Below are positions 13,588 through 24,253 of a stretch of 64,000 bases of DNA, piece after piece (the first letter of the stretch is position 1; every line of letters starts with the position of its first letter). Origin of the DNA: Veleropilina oligotropha (lineage: Eukaryota); NCBI GenBank assembly GCA_048128005.1, contig JBEUKZ010000070.1, positions 310,001-374,000 of the forward strand, given 5' to 3'. The notes beneath the pieces are model-generated. The model worked only from the letters and a program-made list of their open reading frames with translations, was not told the DNA's origin and did no database searches. Position numbers and translations under genes: made by a program.

Positions 13588-15007
13588 ATACATCACTGAT
13601 TGCATCTCACAACAACAACTTTTGCTCGTGTCCGCCATCATCCATTATTTGTTCGTATTATTAGATTATTAGGAATTTATATAAGTATTTACCATTGAAC
13701 TGATCTATTTTACATCATATGATTCATAAATATACCTTTATAGATGTATCTATGTTTGTATACATGTCTGTACATTACATTACGTGATGTTTTGTATATT
13801 TACTTTGTCATTTGTATGTCTGTAAATAATATACATGGCTAAAAACGTTTTAAATGTTTACAGCTGAATAAATATTATATATTATATATACTCTCGCCCC
13901 GCTAATTAGCGGCTTTAATTCTCGCCCCGCTAATTAGCGGGGCGAGAGTACGAGAGTACGAGAATTAAAGTCGCTAATTAGCGACCTTAAATCTCGCCCC
14001 GAGAATCTCGCCCCGCTAATTAGCGACTTTAATTCTCGTACTCTCGTATTCTCGCCCCGCTAATTAGCGGGGCGAGAATTAAAGCCGCTAATTAGCGGGG
14101 CGAGAGTACGAGAGTACGAGAATTAAAGTCGCTAATTAGCGCATTCTCGGGCCGAGAGTACGAGAATACGAGATTTAAAGTCGCTAATTAGCGGGGCGAG
14201 ACTACGAGAGTACGAGAGTACGAGATGGCACAAATCAGCCACCGTACATTGGAGCCATGAATTGCTTGATCATAGATATTGGCTACCGTATTCGAATAGT
14301 GCATTCGCACAATAAGAGAATAGTAATAAAACGTATCATAAATATATCGACCAAATTGAAAGGGATGCAGATTCATTGGCATTTCGAATCAGTGCGAGAT
14401 GGTTATCTTTAACACAAAATATAAATCAAATATAAATGTTTCTAATTTTTATACACGATGTAAAACATGAAATATCACCGGAAACATTCAGATGGGGTGA
14501 TTAATGGTATAAATGCTCTGTTATCAAGTAAACCAAATAGTGTGATTTTATATTTATTTATATTTTTTCAATTTGCGATACATAACTTTTCTTTATAAAA
14601 ATCATGGATAAAGATAATGATTTGCCTGTGTTTTTGATGCGTTCGTCATTAATTACACGTTCGAGTCGAACGTGAACGCCTGTATTAGCAGTTACCATAT
14701 ATAGTCTCAGCAGCTAAAGAACACAAATTGATGACGTTCTATGTTACAATCTGATCTTCGCGTTCAAGTACACGCCCTTACTTGCATGCCGTATATTCAG
14801 GTGTTCTCGTGACTATACTTACTGTATACAGTATAAGATGCCATGAGTGACATTTTTGAGGTTAGTTAAAGAAACACTATGGTTAAATATTGCAGTCATA
14901 TTCCACGGTACAAAAGCGCTATGTATGTCGTATCTGTATTATATTAAAACAGTATGGCTAACGAGTGGTAACGTGTGTTAGCAAGCATGCCTTGCATGAT
15001 CTCCCCT

Positions 15008-15013
15008 CACACA

Positions 15014-15107
<94 letters not shown>
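15008..15107. repeat. (GCAC)n/(AC)n microsatellite
   Basis: Read directly. Confidence 0.97.
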
Positions 15108-15110
<3 letters not shown>

Positions 15111-15452
15111 GATGGGAATAATGATTTCCCAGCGTTATCTGCTGGTCGTCGATTACGAAGCCTTTTATTTTCACATTGATTCTCTAAAATAACTATGGAA
15201 GGCGAAACCCTATTAAATCAAATACAATTCTTATCATACACCTGTCTTGGCGACACGGGGCTTCCAAAGCAAGATGATATATGTATATAGTATTAAATTC
15301 GTACCTGCCCTTGCTTTCCTGGCCACAATATATTCTGTGCAATTGCATCGGTGTCCACCTGACTGTGTTCCGTGTTATGCACAGGTGCCAATCAGTTCTG
15401 TATTCTGAGCTAAATATACCTGTGTCCACCAATTAAATGAAAAAATATTAAA

Positions 15453-15581
15453 ATGACGATTTTCGACCGCGTGATATACATTGTTGGATGCTTAGCATTT
15501 TGTGCATTCATCCAAAACTGCACCGGAACACATTTCCGAGGAGGAACAATCAGTTGGAAACCGAGCGATAAGCCGAACACA
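15453..15581 (+). CDS. Host gene exon 1: signal peptide + THFRGGTISW (secreted protein of the family often annotated integrin beta-like/Sib-like)
   Basis: MTIFDRVIYIVGCLAFCAFIQNCTGTHFRGGTISWKPSDKPNT followed by GTAAGT donor, phase 0. Confidence 0.8.
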
Positions 15582-16196
15582 GTAAGTATAGTCACGGCAT
15601 GTAGGTGAGGGCGTCGTGATGTATTAATTAACAATCAGGCGATCTCGTTCAAGTTGCATTGCATGTAAGTAGAGAAATAAGCTTTTAATTTTAAACCGTA
15701 GACCGCAAATGTAAAAATCTATAAACGGGTCCGGTTTTATTATTAACTTTACGAACGTTTCGGCGAAGGACATTTCGTCAAGTTGCGAACGTGAAATCCT
15801 GTTGAGACTAGTTGCCCCACTTATATAAATAACATATACGTGTACGACATGCTGCGGATAACCTTCAATTCTTGCGAAAAGATAAATTTCCTATATAGAC
15901 GTTACACGACAATGCTCTGCTGCATCAGAAATAACTGTAAACTTTTTTAAAAGTAGGCCTATATGCGAAATGCGCTTAAAAGATTTAATAATCATATCAA
16001 AATGTTGACCCTAGCCTTACCAAAAATGTTGGCGAAATTTGGCTTTACTGAACATTCCTGTCAAATGCATACGGTGTAAAGTTTGCTCGACTATATGAAT
16101 TGACTGATGTCAATCAGTGTCCATAATATTCGTATAATCAGGTCAATGACGTCACAGATAGATGGGAGATATAATGATGTCTCGGGAGATATAATG

Positions 16197-16449
16197 ATGT
16201 TATCAGTATTGTGTGGATTCTGGCACATCGGAAACCTCGAATGACGTCGTAGTTTTTGCGGCGGATTAATCGCGAGAACGAAGTTCGAGCGATTTATCCG
16301 CCGCAAAAACTCGGAAACCTCGAGTGACGTCGAAGTTTTTGCGGCGGATTAATCGCGAGAACGAAGTTCGAGCGATTTATCCGCCGCAAAAACTACGACG
16401 TCACTCGGGGTTTCCGATGTGCCAGAATCCACACAATAACTGATAACAT
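16197..16449. mobile_element. Palindromic MITE with duplicated internal hairpin
   Basis: Arms ATGTTATCAG...GATTCTGGCACATCGGAAACC and their reverse complement; ~84-bp internal tandem duplication. Confidence 0.8.
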
Positions 16450-16721
16450 TTTATTGTATGCCACAACAAGTTTCTTATTAAATTGAATCGAAAGATTATA
16501 GTAATTTTAGTCACGAATCTGTAAGGGAGGTTGAAATAGTACAGGACTATATTGGAAGTAGCTCCTACGATTTGTGAGCCATTTTGAATATATAAGCAGG
16601 AGACGTTTTCCTGTGAATATATAAGCGGGAGACGTTTTCTGAATCGATATCAGCTGTGTCCGTGATACAGGGTCTCGGAAAACTGCGCGAGAATAGGCGT
16701 CAGAAAACGACTGGCATATAA

Positions 16722-16886
16722 GGGGGGGACTAGGGGTTTTTAGACTAAGTTAGGGGGGGCCCGGGGCGACCGGGGAGGCTCCCAGCCCTATTTCCGAACT
16801 GAGGGGGCTCGTACTCTATACCCCCAGGGCATTTCAGAGGAAGTTAGGGTGGGGTCCGGGGGCCCGGGGGTGGAGGCTCCCAGCCC
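16722..16886 (+). repeat. Left TIR of element 1
   Basis: GGGGGGGACTAGGGGTTTTTAGACTAAGTTAGGGGGGGCCCGGGGCGACC... matches the reverse complement of 36231-36395. Confidence 0.95.
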
Positions 16887-17652
16887 TATTTCAGAACCCA
16901 GGGTAGGGATTGTATTACAAATGTCACCGTGTGTACAGCGGCCCACTACCCTAGCCGGGCAGGCGTATGTTTGTATCCGTGCCGAGAACTCCTTTGTTAC
17001 TGCCTGGTGTATTCATAGCCTGTGGCTGACCTAGTGCTCCCGTTCTCGAGAAGCCACGTGACAATGACTAAACGAGAATACGGTCCCCATGTCAACAAGG
17101 GGACCGAAACATTTTTTCTGTGCTAACCGGAAGTTTGGGGACAAAAATATTTGTTCTGGACCAACTAGTTTTATCTGGGCTAACCTCGGCGAGGTTCATG
17201 AAATCTTTTTTTTTCTGGGTCACTAAAAGCTAAATACGTATCCGACAGCTTGCAACTTCTGTGCTACGAGAAATGCGTTAGACAAAATCTATTTTTAACT
17301 GGGTCAGCCAGCCAGATACGCTGCTTGTGATAGCAGCGAGGTATTTCTAAAGACTCGGCTATGGCGTGTCTTGATAGGCGAAGCGCTTCTATTCATACCC
17401 GCTGAGAAACCCATTAGGCTATAGGCGTCTATTGTTTCATGGTTTCAAGTCATTGCAGGCAGGGAATCCCCGAGATACGCGAAGCGAAACGCTATGAATA
17501 TGCTGTACTGGATAGTCAACAATAGACAGCCGGCCGGCTATTAATATAACACTAGCCTGAAAAAATATTGTAAGGCAGGGAATTCCCAAGCAGCTGTTAT
17601 ATGAATATGTAGTTGCCGCTGGCGAGCGTGCAGTTGCATGGCGAAAGGTGCC

Positions 17653-20600
17653 ATTTTTCGAACAGAAATAAAACACAAATCATATGCAAATTTTCAAGTT
17701 ATTATGGCAAGAGCACTGTATACAAAGCAAAAACTCTACTCAAACACGATCCGGAACGAGTATTTATCACGGAGGATTTAACATCAATCCGACAGTCGAT
17801 GGTACGCGAGCTATCATCCCAAAGGAGACAAGGGAAGATAAGGTCATTCTGGACAATAGATGGGAAGATTTTCTTCAAATTTAAGGAAGCCGACCAGCCA
17901 ATTATCGTCGAAACCCAATCCGATCTTGATACTAAGTTAAATTTAACAACGAGATAGAGCCGTAACCGATCATAAAATATACTTCCTAACACCTTAACAA
18001 TTTCAAACAAACTAATACTCTTAGCAACCGACATCCCTCCTACATGCAATTTAACGATAAATCCCACTAAGCCCATCATGAACACTTAATCCCTACAACA
18101 AAGTAATGGTAAAAGTTCATTAATATGCTGTCTACCAGGATGACATCTCAAAACCTACTTATTATGATTTTTCAGACTTTCGTCTATGCATCCGTCTTTC
18201 TTCCAATCATTTACTTAACCTTATTCCTATCTTCCATTTGCACACTGCACTGCTGGATTCGTTATGGAATTGATGATTATCAATGCAATGTATTATTGAA
18301 ATGTATACTAGTATGTGTATTGTATATTCCTACTGACACACAAATGCTGCTCCTGCGTCATTTATTTGAAAATGGATAATAGTTATATCCAACACCGTGT
18401 GTCAGTAGGACTGTACAACAACAAGCCTATTGCCAGGAAATATTTACCAAGAGGATGGAATTTGCGTATGAATGATCTAATGCACATCTATTACAGATCA
18501 ATAATATTGATCCTATGTGTTATATTTGTGAAAATTATGTTCCCGAGTGTTAGCATTATGTTTTTACTGATATTGCTGTTATTATTATCAGGGGATGTTG
18601 AAACAAACCCTGGGCCGGACCGATCTAATACTGAAATTTCAAGTATATCATTGTTTCAACTCAATATCCGTAGCTTACTACCTAAAATATCAAGCATTAA
18701 GGAAGAGTTAAATTATTTTGATATTTTATGCTTCACCGAAACGTACTTGAGTGAAGACATTTTAACTAACGATATAATTATCGACGACTACTATGATCCG
18801 GAGAGAAGAGATAGAAACAGACACGGTGGTGGCGTTGTTATTTATATAAAAAATAACCTAAAATATAAACGTAGACGTGACCTAGAAACTACAGATGCTG
18901 AAATCATCTGGATAGAACTAAATCTTAAAACATATAACTTAATTCTTAGTGTTGTTTATCGCCCTCCAAACAGTCCCTTATCTTTTTGGTTAATATTGGA
19001 GGATATGATCTCCCAAGCACTTGACTCATCCAAACATATTATGATCGTTGGCGATATAAACGAAGACTTACTAAACCCGAACAATACAAGACTAAACGAT
19101 TTGTTAAACATTTTCAACCTAAAAAATGTAATTACCGAACCCACTCGAGTAACCGATACTACGGCAAAATTAATTGACCCTATTATTATAAACGACGAAT
19201 TCCCAATATTGGATGCTGATGTCATAAAGCTAAATTACAGCGACCATTATGCCACAAGCGCTATTATCCAATGTGGAAATCCCAGACAGAATTCATATAC
19301 TAAAACAATTCGGGTCTACAAAGAAGCAAACATGTTTTTATTTAATGAAGAAATTAATAATATAAACTGGGATGTACTGCTGAGTGGCCTGAAAATAAAC
19401 GATGCCTGCCAAATGTTCAAGTCCACACTTTTTGAAATAGCCAATAAGTGCATACCAACAAAGTCCGTGGTTATCAGACCAAACGACAAACCGTGGTACA
19501 ACTCAGATATCAGAAAGGCTTCAAAGAAACGTGATAGAACCCGACGTCGGGCAATAAAAACAGGAAAGGAACATGACTGGGCTACGTATAGAAAACTGAG
19601 AAATAAAGTAAATAATATGATAAAATTCAATAAAGTCAATCATGATAATTACATTACTAAAATACTTAACAACGATACAAGAAATGACCCTAAGACTTTC
19701 TGGAAAATTCTAAAATTAACAGTGAAAGGAAGCCAGGAAAATACAATACCTCCCCTGACACGCGAAAATGAAATCGCATTTACTGACCGGGAAAAAGCAA
19801 ATTGCTTTAATGACTACTTTACTGAAATATCGAACGTAGACGACTCACAAACAACTCTTCCCACTCTGACGTACCATACTAATAACCGACTAAATACCGT
19901 GCAAATAAGCCGACAAGATATCGAAGATATAATAGCAGTCCTTCCGGTAAATAAATCGGCTGGGCCCGACTTGATTACGCACAAAATGATCAAGCCAGTG
20001 AGATCATCGATCTCTAGACCATTATACATTTTATTTACAAAATCTATTTCTGAGGAGGACTTCCCTGACTGTTGGAAAGATGCTTACGTTACACCAATTT
20101 TCAAAAAAGGTGACAAGTCAAATTGCACCAACTACAGACCAATATCATTGCTAAGTGTTGTAGGTAAAATCTTCGAAAGGATAATACATAAGCAATTGCA
20201 CAATTGCTTCCTGGCAAACAATATAATATATCCTTATCAATCAGGATTTCTACCAGGACACTGCACAACATATCAACTAATAGACATTTACAACTCAATA
20301 TGCAGTGCCCTCGAAGAAAAACAACACATTTGTTTTATTTTTTTCGACATATCTAAGGCATTCGACCGAGTCTGGCGTAGGGGGTTATTATTCAAGCTCG
20401 AACAGTGTGGAATAACTGGTACATTATTAAAATGGACAAAATCGTATCTCGAAAATAGGTCCCAAAAAGTTAGAGTTGGAAATGAAGTCTCAAACCCAAG
20501 AGAAACAAATGCAGGTGTCCCCCAAGGGTCTGTCCTAGGGCCTTTGCTCTTTCTTATTTACATTAACGATCTGCCCCCCTTGTTAAATTGTGACACTCGT

Positions 20601-22074
20601 TTATTTGCAGACGATACTTCATTATACTCTATTTCTAATAGTTTAATAGAAATAGAAAATATCATAAACAGAGACTTGCAAATTGTTTCAGAATGGGCAA
20701 AACAATGGCTCATAAGGTTTAACCCCTCTAAAACTGAAGGGTTAATGATAACTCGACAAAACTTGAACCCTCAATTATTTTTTGAAAATACACCAGTCAA
20801 GTTCGTCTCTGAACACCGACATTTAGGTGTCATTTTATCCAGTGATGGAAAATGGTCAAAACACATTGATAACATTTCGAATAATGTCTCAAAAAAGATA
20901 GGAGTTCTACGAAAATTGAAGCCAAACTTAAAAAGTGACACCCTTCTTAAAATTTACAAGGCGTATATCAGACCATGTCTGGAATACTGTTCGGTCATAT
21001 GGGACGGATGCACTGCGCGTGACTCAGATAAACTAGATAAATTACAACACGAAGCATTACGAATAATAACAGGCCTTCCAAGATATACATCGTTAGATAA
21101 ACTATACCTTGAAACTGACATTGAACCACTTACACAGCGCAGACAGAATGCAAAGATACTAACCCTTTTCAAAATGCAACAAAAACTAACACCAGAATAT
21201 TTGTGGAAACTTCTCCCCCCAAAAGTCCAAGATATAAGTAATTACCCGTTGCGAAATGGTGAAAATTATGTAATTCCAAATAATTCACTTCAGAACACAC
21301 GTAGATCGTTCTTACCGTCAACTTGCCAACTCTGGAATGACCAATCTGTTACCATTCGTAATGCTCAGACAATAAGTGACCTTAAACAATTATTAAAATA
21401 TACGTATGCGCCACCATTGTGGTATAGTGCAGGTGACAGACAAAATTCTATAATACACACTCGCCTAAGAAACGAATGTAGCCAATTGAATGGAGATTTG
21501 TTTTCACATCATATTGTAGACAACCCAATGTGCACCTGTGGATATGCTATTGAAAATGCCATGCACTTCTTACTGGAATGCCCAAATTATACAGAGCAAA
21601 GGAATATTCTACTGCGAAATATATCTAGCATATACCCTTATGAAATAACAATTGATCTCTTGATATATGGTAATAATACATTAAGCATATGCGATAATAA
21701 AATAATCTTTATTGACGTACAAAAATACATTAAGCATACTCGCAGATTTATTTGACAGCACTATGAAACCCAAGTTGATAATGAAAATTGATTTCTCCAG
21801 GCATATAATTATATAACTGCACTTTTATTATATATAATTATTTATTTAGTTATTGATAAATTATCAACATGTGCACGAAACCGAACCAGCTCACTGCACC
21901 AGCACTAGCACCCTCAGCACCATCAATACGAAAATGTTCTTTAATATTATATAATAAGTTGCCATTTTGTCATTTTGTTATTATATGTGTATGGAAAGGG
22001 CCTTTGTAAGTTGAAATAACTTCTGCCCAATCCAAAAATTGTTTAATAACAATAAAATATGTTCAAATCAAATC
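17653..22074 (+). mobile_element. 5'-truncated CR1/L2-group LINE nested in element 1
   Basis: ORF1 3' fragment (to 17957, VFITEDLT...WTIDGKIF), intact ORF2, (TCAAA)n tail, TSD AAGGTGCC at 17645-17652 and 22075-22082. Confidence 0.93.
18372..21755 (+). CDS. LINE ORF2p (2A-like peptide + APE + RT)
   Basis: LLLLSGDVETNPGP, NIRSL, VYRPP, GDIN, SDH, QSGF, FFDISKAFD, GVPQGSVLGPLLF, LFADD; start codon uncertain. Confidence 0.95.
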   Translation: MDNSYIQHRVSVGLYNNKPIARKYLPRGWNLRMNDLMHIYYRSIILILCVIFVKIMFPSVSIMFLLILLLLLSGDVETNPGPDRSNTEISSISLFQLNIRSLLPKISSIKEELNYFDILCFTETYLSEDILTNDIIIDDYYDPERRDRNRHGGGVVIYIKNNLKYKRRRDLETTDAEIIWIELNLKTYNLILSVVYRPPNSPLSFWLILEDMISQALDSSKHIMIVGDINEDLLNPNNTRLNDLLNIFNLKNVITEPTRVTDTTAKLIDPIIINDEFPILDADVIKLNYSDHYATSAIIQCGNPRQNSYTKTIRVYKEANMFLFNEEINNINWDVLLSGLKINDACQMFKSTLFEIANKCIPTKSVVIRPNDKPWYNSDIRKASKKRDRTRRRAIKTGKEHDWATYRKLRNKVNNMIKFNKVNHDNYITKILNNDTRNDPKTFWKILKLTVKGSQENTIPPLTRENEIAFTDREKANCFNDYFTEISNVDDSQTTLPTLTYHTNNRLNTVQISRQDIEDIIAVLPVNKSAGPDLITHKMIKPVRSSISRPLYILFTKSISEEDFPDCWKDAYVTPIFKKGDKSNCTNYRPISLLSVVGKIFERIIHKQLHNCFLANNIIYPYQSGFLPGHCTTYQLIDIYNSICSALEEKQHICFIFFDISKAFDRVWRRGLLFKLEQCGITGTLLKWTKSYLENRSQKVRVGNEVSNPRETNAGVPQGSVLGPLLFLIYINDLPPLLNCDTRLFADDTSLYSISNSLIEIENIINRDLQIVSEWAKQWLIRFNPSKTEGLMITRQNLNPQLFFENTPVKFVSEHRHLGVILSSDGKWSKHIDNISNNVSKKIGVLRKLKPNLKSDTLLKIYKAYIRPCLEYCSVIWDGCTARDSDKLDKLQHEALRIITGLPRYTSLDKLYLETDIEPLTQRRQNAKILTLFKMQQKLTPEYLWKLLPPKVQDISNYPLRNGENYVIPNNSLQNTRRSFLPSTCQLWNDQSVTIRNAQTISDLKQLLKYTYAPPLWYSAGDRQNSIIHTRLRNECSQLNGDLFSHHIVDNPMCTCGYAIENAMHFLLECPNYTEQRNILLRNISSIYPYEITIDLLIYGNNTLSICDNKIIFIDVQKYIKHTRRFI

Positions 22075-22516
22075 AAGGTGCCCTATCTGATTCCACGTAC
22101 CCAAGCAGCCGGTCGATAGCATCGAGAAGTACTGCCCGTTTTTACCCGTACATCGGGAGGGCTGTTCACACTGGACGCAAACGACAGTATTTGGGTCGGG
22201 GCCACAGCCATTCTCTCCATCGACAACATAGTAGTGACATGACGGTGGGGGAACTGGGGGTGGGTTTCGTAGCAAGTTTCTTCGCAAGGGGTCGTGCCTT
22301 ATATTGTACCGGGGGTGGGTCTGATACCTGGCCCACGTATGTTCGAGAATTAATGCGGTGTCGTGTCTCGACGCCTGGGTAGAGACACCCCCTAGCCAGC
22401 ACACCGCGGCAATGCACAGAAGTAGCATGGATTTCATGGTTGTCCAGATATCACTGTCGAGTTCTAGCTTTAATACGGGGGAGGGGGGTAGTCGTGGCTA
22501 CGCTCAACCTGGATAG

Positions 22517-23152
22517 TTAGTCGCCAGCTCCGATTTTTTTCAGCAGCTCTGCGCGACCCTCTTTACGACCACGCTCAAGAAGCTCGGTTTGGGTCTGTGA
22601 CACCGCGGTGTGTGCCTTTAGACCTTTGAGATGCAGGGTGGCTTTCATTGTCCGATAGTTTTCCATCTCCCCTGTGACCAGTTTGAATTCATCATCAGAC
22701 ATCACCCCGTCCGCTAAGGCCTTTGAGACGTGGTCGGTTATGGTATTCAGTTTGCTGTCGGCCAGTACTCGTATTTCGTCGTGCTTTTTAGCCTTCACCC
22801 CGAGGCGTCGGCTGATATATTTCCCCCCCATGCTTGCGAGCCCACACCCCAACGCCGCTAGTTCCAGCACTAGGACCACGGGTGCGGCAACGATCGTGGA
22901 CAACAGTCCGATGCCGGCTCTACCCATACCAAGGGTGGCCACGACCAGGGCCGAGTCGATCCCATCAACGACGTTAACGCCTCGCCGGTACTTTGTATAC
23001 AGGGCAGCCCTTGTGTCTCTCTCTCGTTCTAGCTGTCCCTGAAGCTCATTCACTTTCTGTAGTCGGAAAGACTGTGCCTCCGGCAGTTCCGAAGGCACAT
23101 CGCCACCAAGCTGTGGGTACAGCGTTGGCGCTGATGGCTTGCTGTCCATCAT
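22517..23152 (-). CDS. Viral membrane protein with N-terminal PSAP and LYPxL motifs
   Basis: 211 aa, PSAPTLYPQL, coiled coil, long central hydrophobic hairpin; homolog at 51255-51887. Confidence 0.85.
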   Translation of the reverse strand: MMDSKPSAPTLYPQLGGDVPSELPEAQSFRLQKVNELQGQLERERDTRAALYTKYRRGVNVVDGIDSALVVATLGMGRAGIGLLSTIVAAPVVLVLELAALGCGLASMGGKYISRRLGVKAKKHDEIRVLADSKLNTITDHVSKALADGVMSDDEFKLVTGEMENYRTMKATLHLKGLKAHTAVSQTQTELLERGRKEGRAELLKKIGAGD

Positions 23153-23510
23153 ACGTGGCTGTATTGTTCAGCCTGTTGATTCCCAATGTCGACAGTAACG
23201 TTCAAATAAAAAGTGCTCACCCATGGGGCCTTGATGATGAAGGCGAGGGTCAACCTGTCCGAATTCAGGCCAAGCGTACTTATGGAACATGCTTTGGGGC
23301 CCCCGGCGGGCTGGGCCGGCGTCAGGTGGATCATTAGGAGGGCTGGGTTTAACCCAAACCGACCTCCAGTGTTTGGGATCATGAACTCCCTCTTCGCCAG
23401 CCCCTTCTTGGGCGCTTCCCCACAATTAAGAACGAAGTGCCACCGGGTCGGGGAAGGCTCATCTGCAAGCAGGGGGAGGGGGGGAGGGTCCCATAGATGC
23501 TGGCGCTCAT
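23149..23510 (-). pseudogene. Viral hypothetical ~120-aa protein (frameshifted near its start)
   Basis: PTRWHFVLNCG...GRFGLNPALLMIHL is shared with 51888-52227. Confidence 0.6.
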
Positions 23511-24249
23511 TGTATCTCAAGGACTGCTGTAATAGGCATGCCGTGATTGTCGAGCGGTTTACCATCTGAGTCTGTGATGTACACCTTTAATTCTGTGAGT
23601 GACCCGGCCTGCAGTCGCCTGAGGGCTGGATAACTGTGGTAGTGGGCAGCCTCGCCGAATATCTGCGACGTTATAGGGACCACCGCGAGAATATTGCTTG
23701 GGACGCCGTCCTTCACGTTGTGGGTTGTACTGAGCTGCTCCAGATGGACGTGTAGGGTCGATGCTATGGCAAACCCTACCGGCTTGTCCCCGTCATAAGT
23801 CCCGGGGCGTAGCCACTCGGATCTCTCCGGAGGGGGAGGTCGGCCCCGTACTGGGCCGGGGCGAAGGGGTGGGTTCAGATTCCCCGATTTATCGAGGATG
23901 AACGAAGAAAGGTCTAAGCCGAGGAGCTTCCTTATATCGTCGCTGATCGCGAGTCGGGTCCCCTCTGGGACAACGATTCGGGCGAGTCCCGTATCATGGC
24001 TTACATCTAGCTGTATGTTAACTAGCGACCTCTTCAGTGTCTTGGCGAGGGAATCGAAGCTGTAGAAACCCGATGCTACCTCGACCGTGGTATTGGGGTC
24101 TGGAAGAAGGCTCCTGCGTGTACGTTATGCCAACCGACCCAATAGTCGAGCGAGCGCAGGCTGACGCATAGTTTGCCGTCCCGGTTATCAATAGGCTCCA
24201 GGAGGGCAACCGCGGTCCCCTCTTGAACACTCGTTAATGTGTGGAACAT
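23507..24249 (-). pseudogene. Minor capsid (penton-like) protein, frameshifted
   Basis: Colinear with intact 52227-52964; C-terminal LKVYITDSDGKPLDNHG. Confidence 0.75.
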
Positions 24250-24253
24250 AGCT

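Larger units (their letters stand above)
9125..13888 (+). mobile_element. Apparently full-length non-LTR retrotransposon (LINE; clade uncertain, RTEX-like tentative)
   Basis: ORF1 + ORF2, AATAAA then AT-rich tail, TSD TACTCTCGC at 9116-9124 and 13889-13897. Confidence 0.93.
8787..14244. mobile_element. Foldback/MITE element made of internal repeats, TA TSD, split by a LINE insertion
   Basis: >100-bp inverted ends (CTGTGGCTGATTTGTGCCATCTCG... / ...CGAGATGGCACAAATCAGCCACCG), TA on both flanks, arrays of CTCGTACTCTCG and CGCTAATTAGCG at 8807-9124 and 13889-14225. Confidence 0.8.
17597..22437 (-). pseudogene. Viral secreted Cys-rich protein, split by a LINE
   Basis: N-terminal part 22075-22437 (signal peptide MKSMLLLCIAAVCWLGG); C-terminal GHLSPCNCTLASGNYIFI* at 17597-17652 matches the end of the intact copy at 50747-51172. 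Confidence 0.88.
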
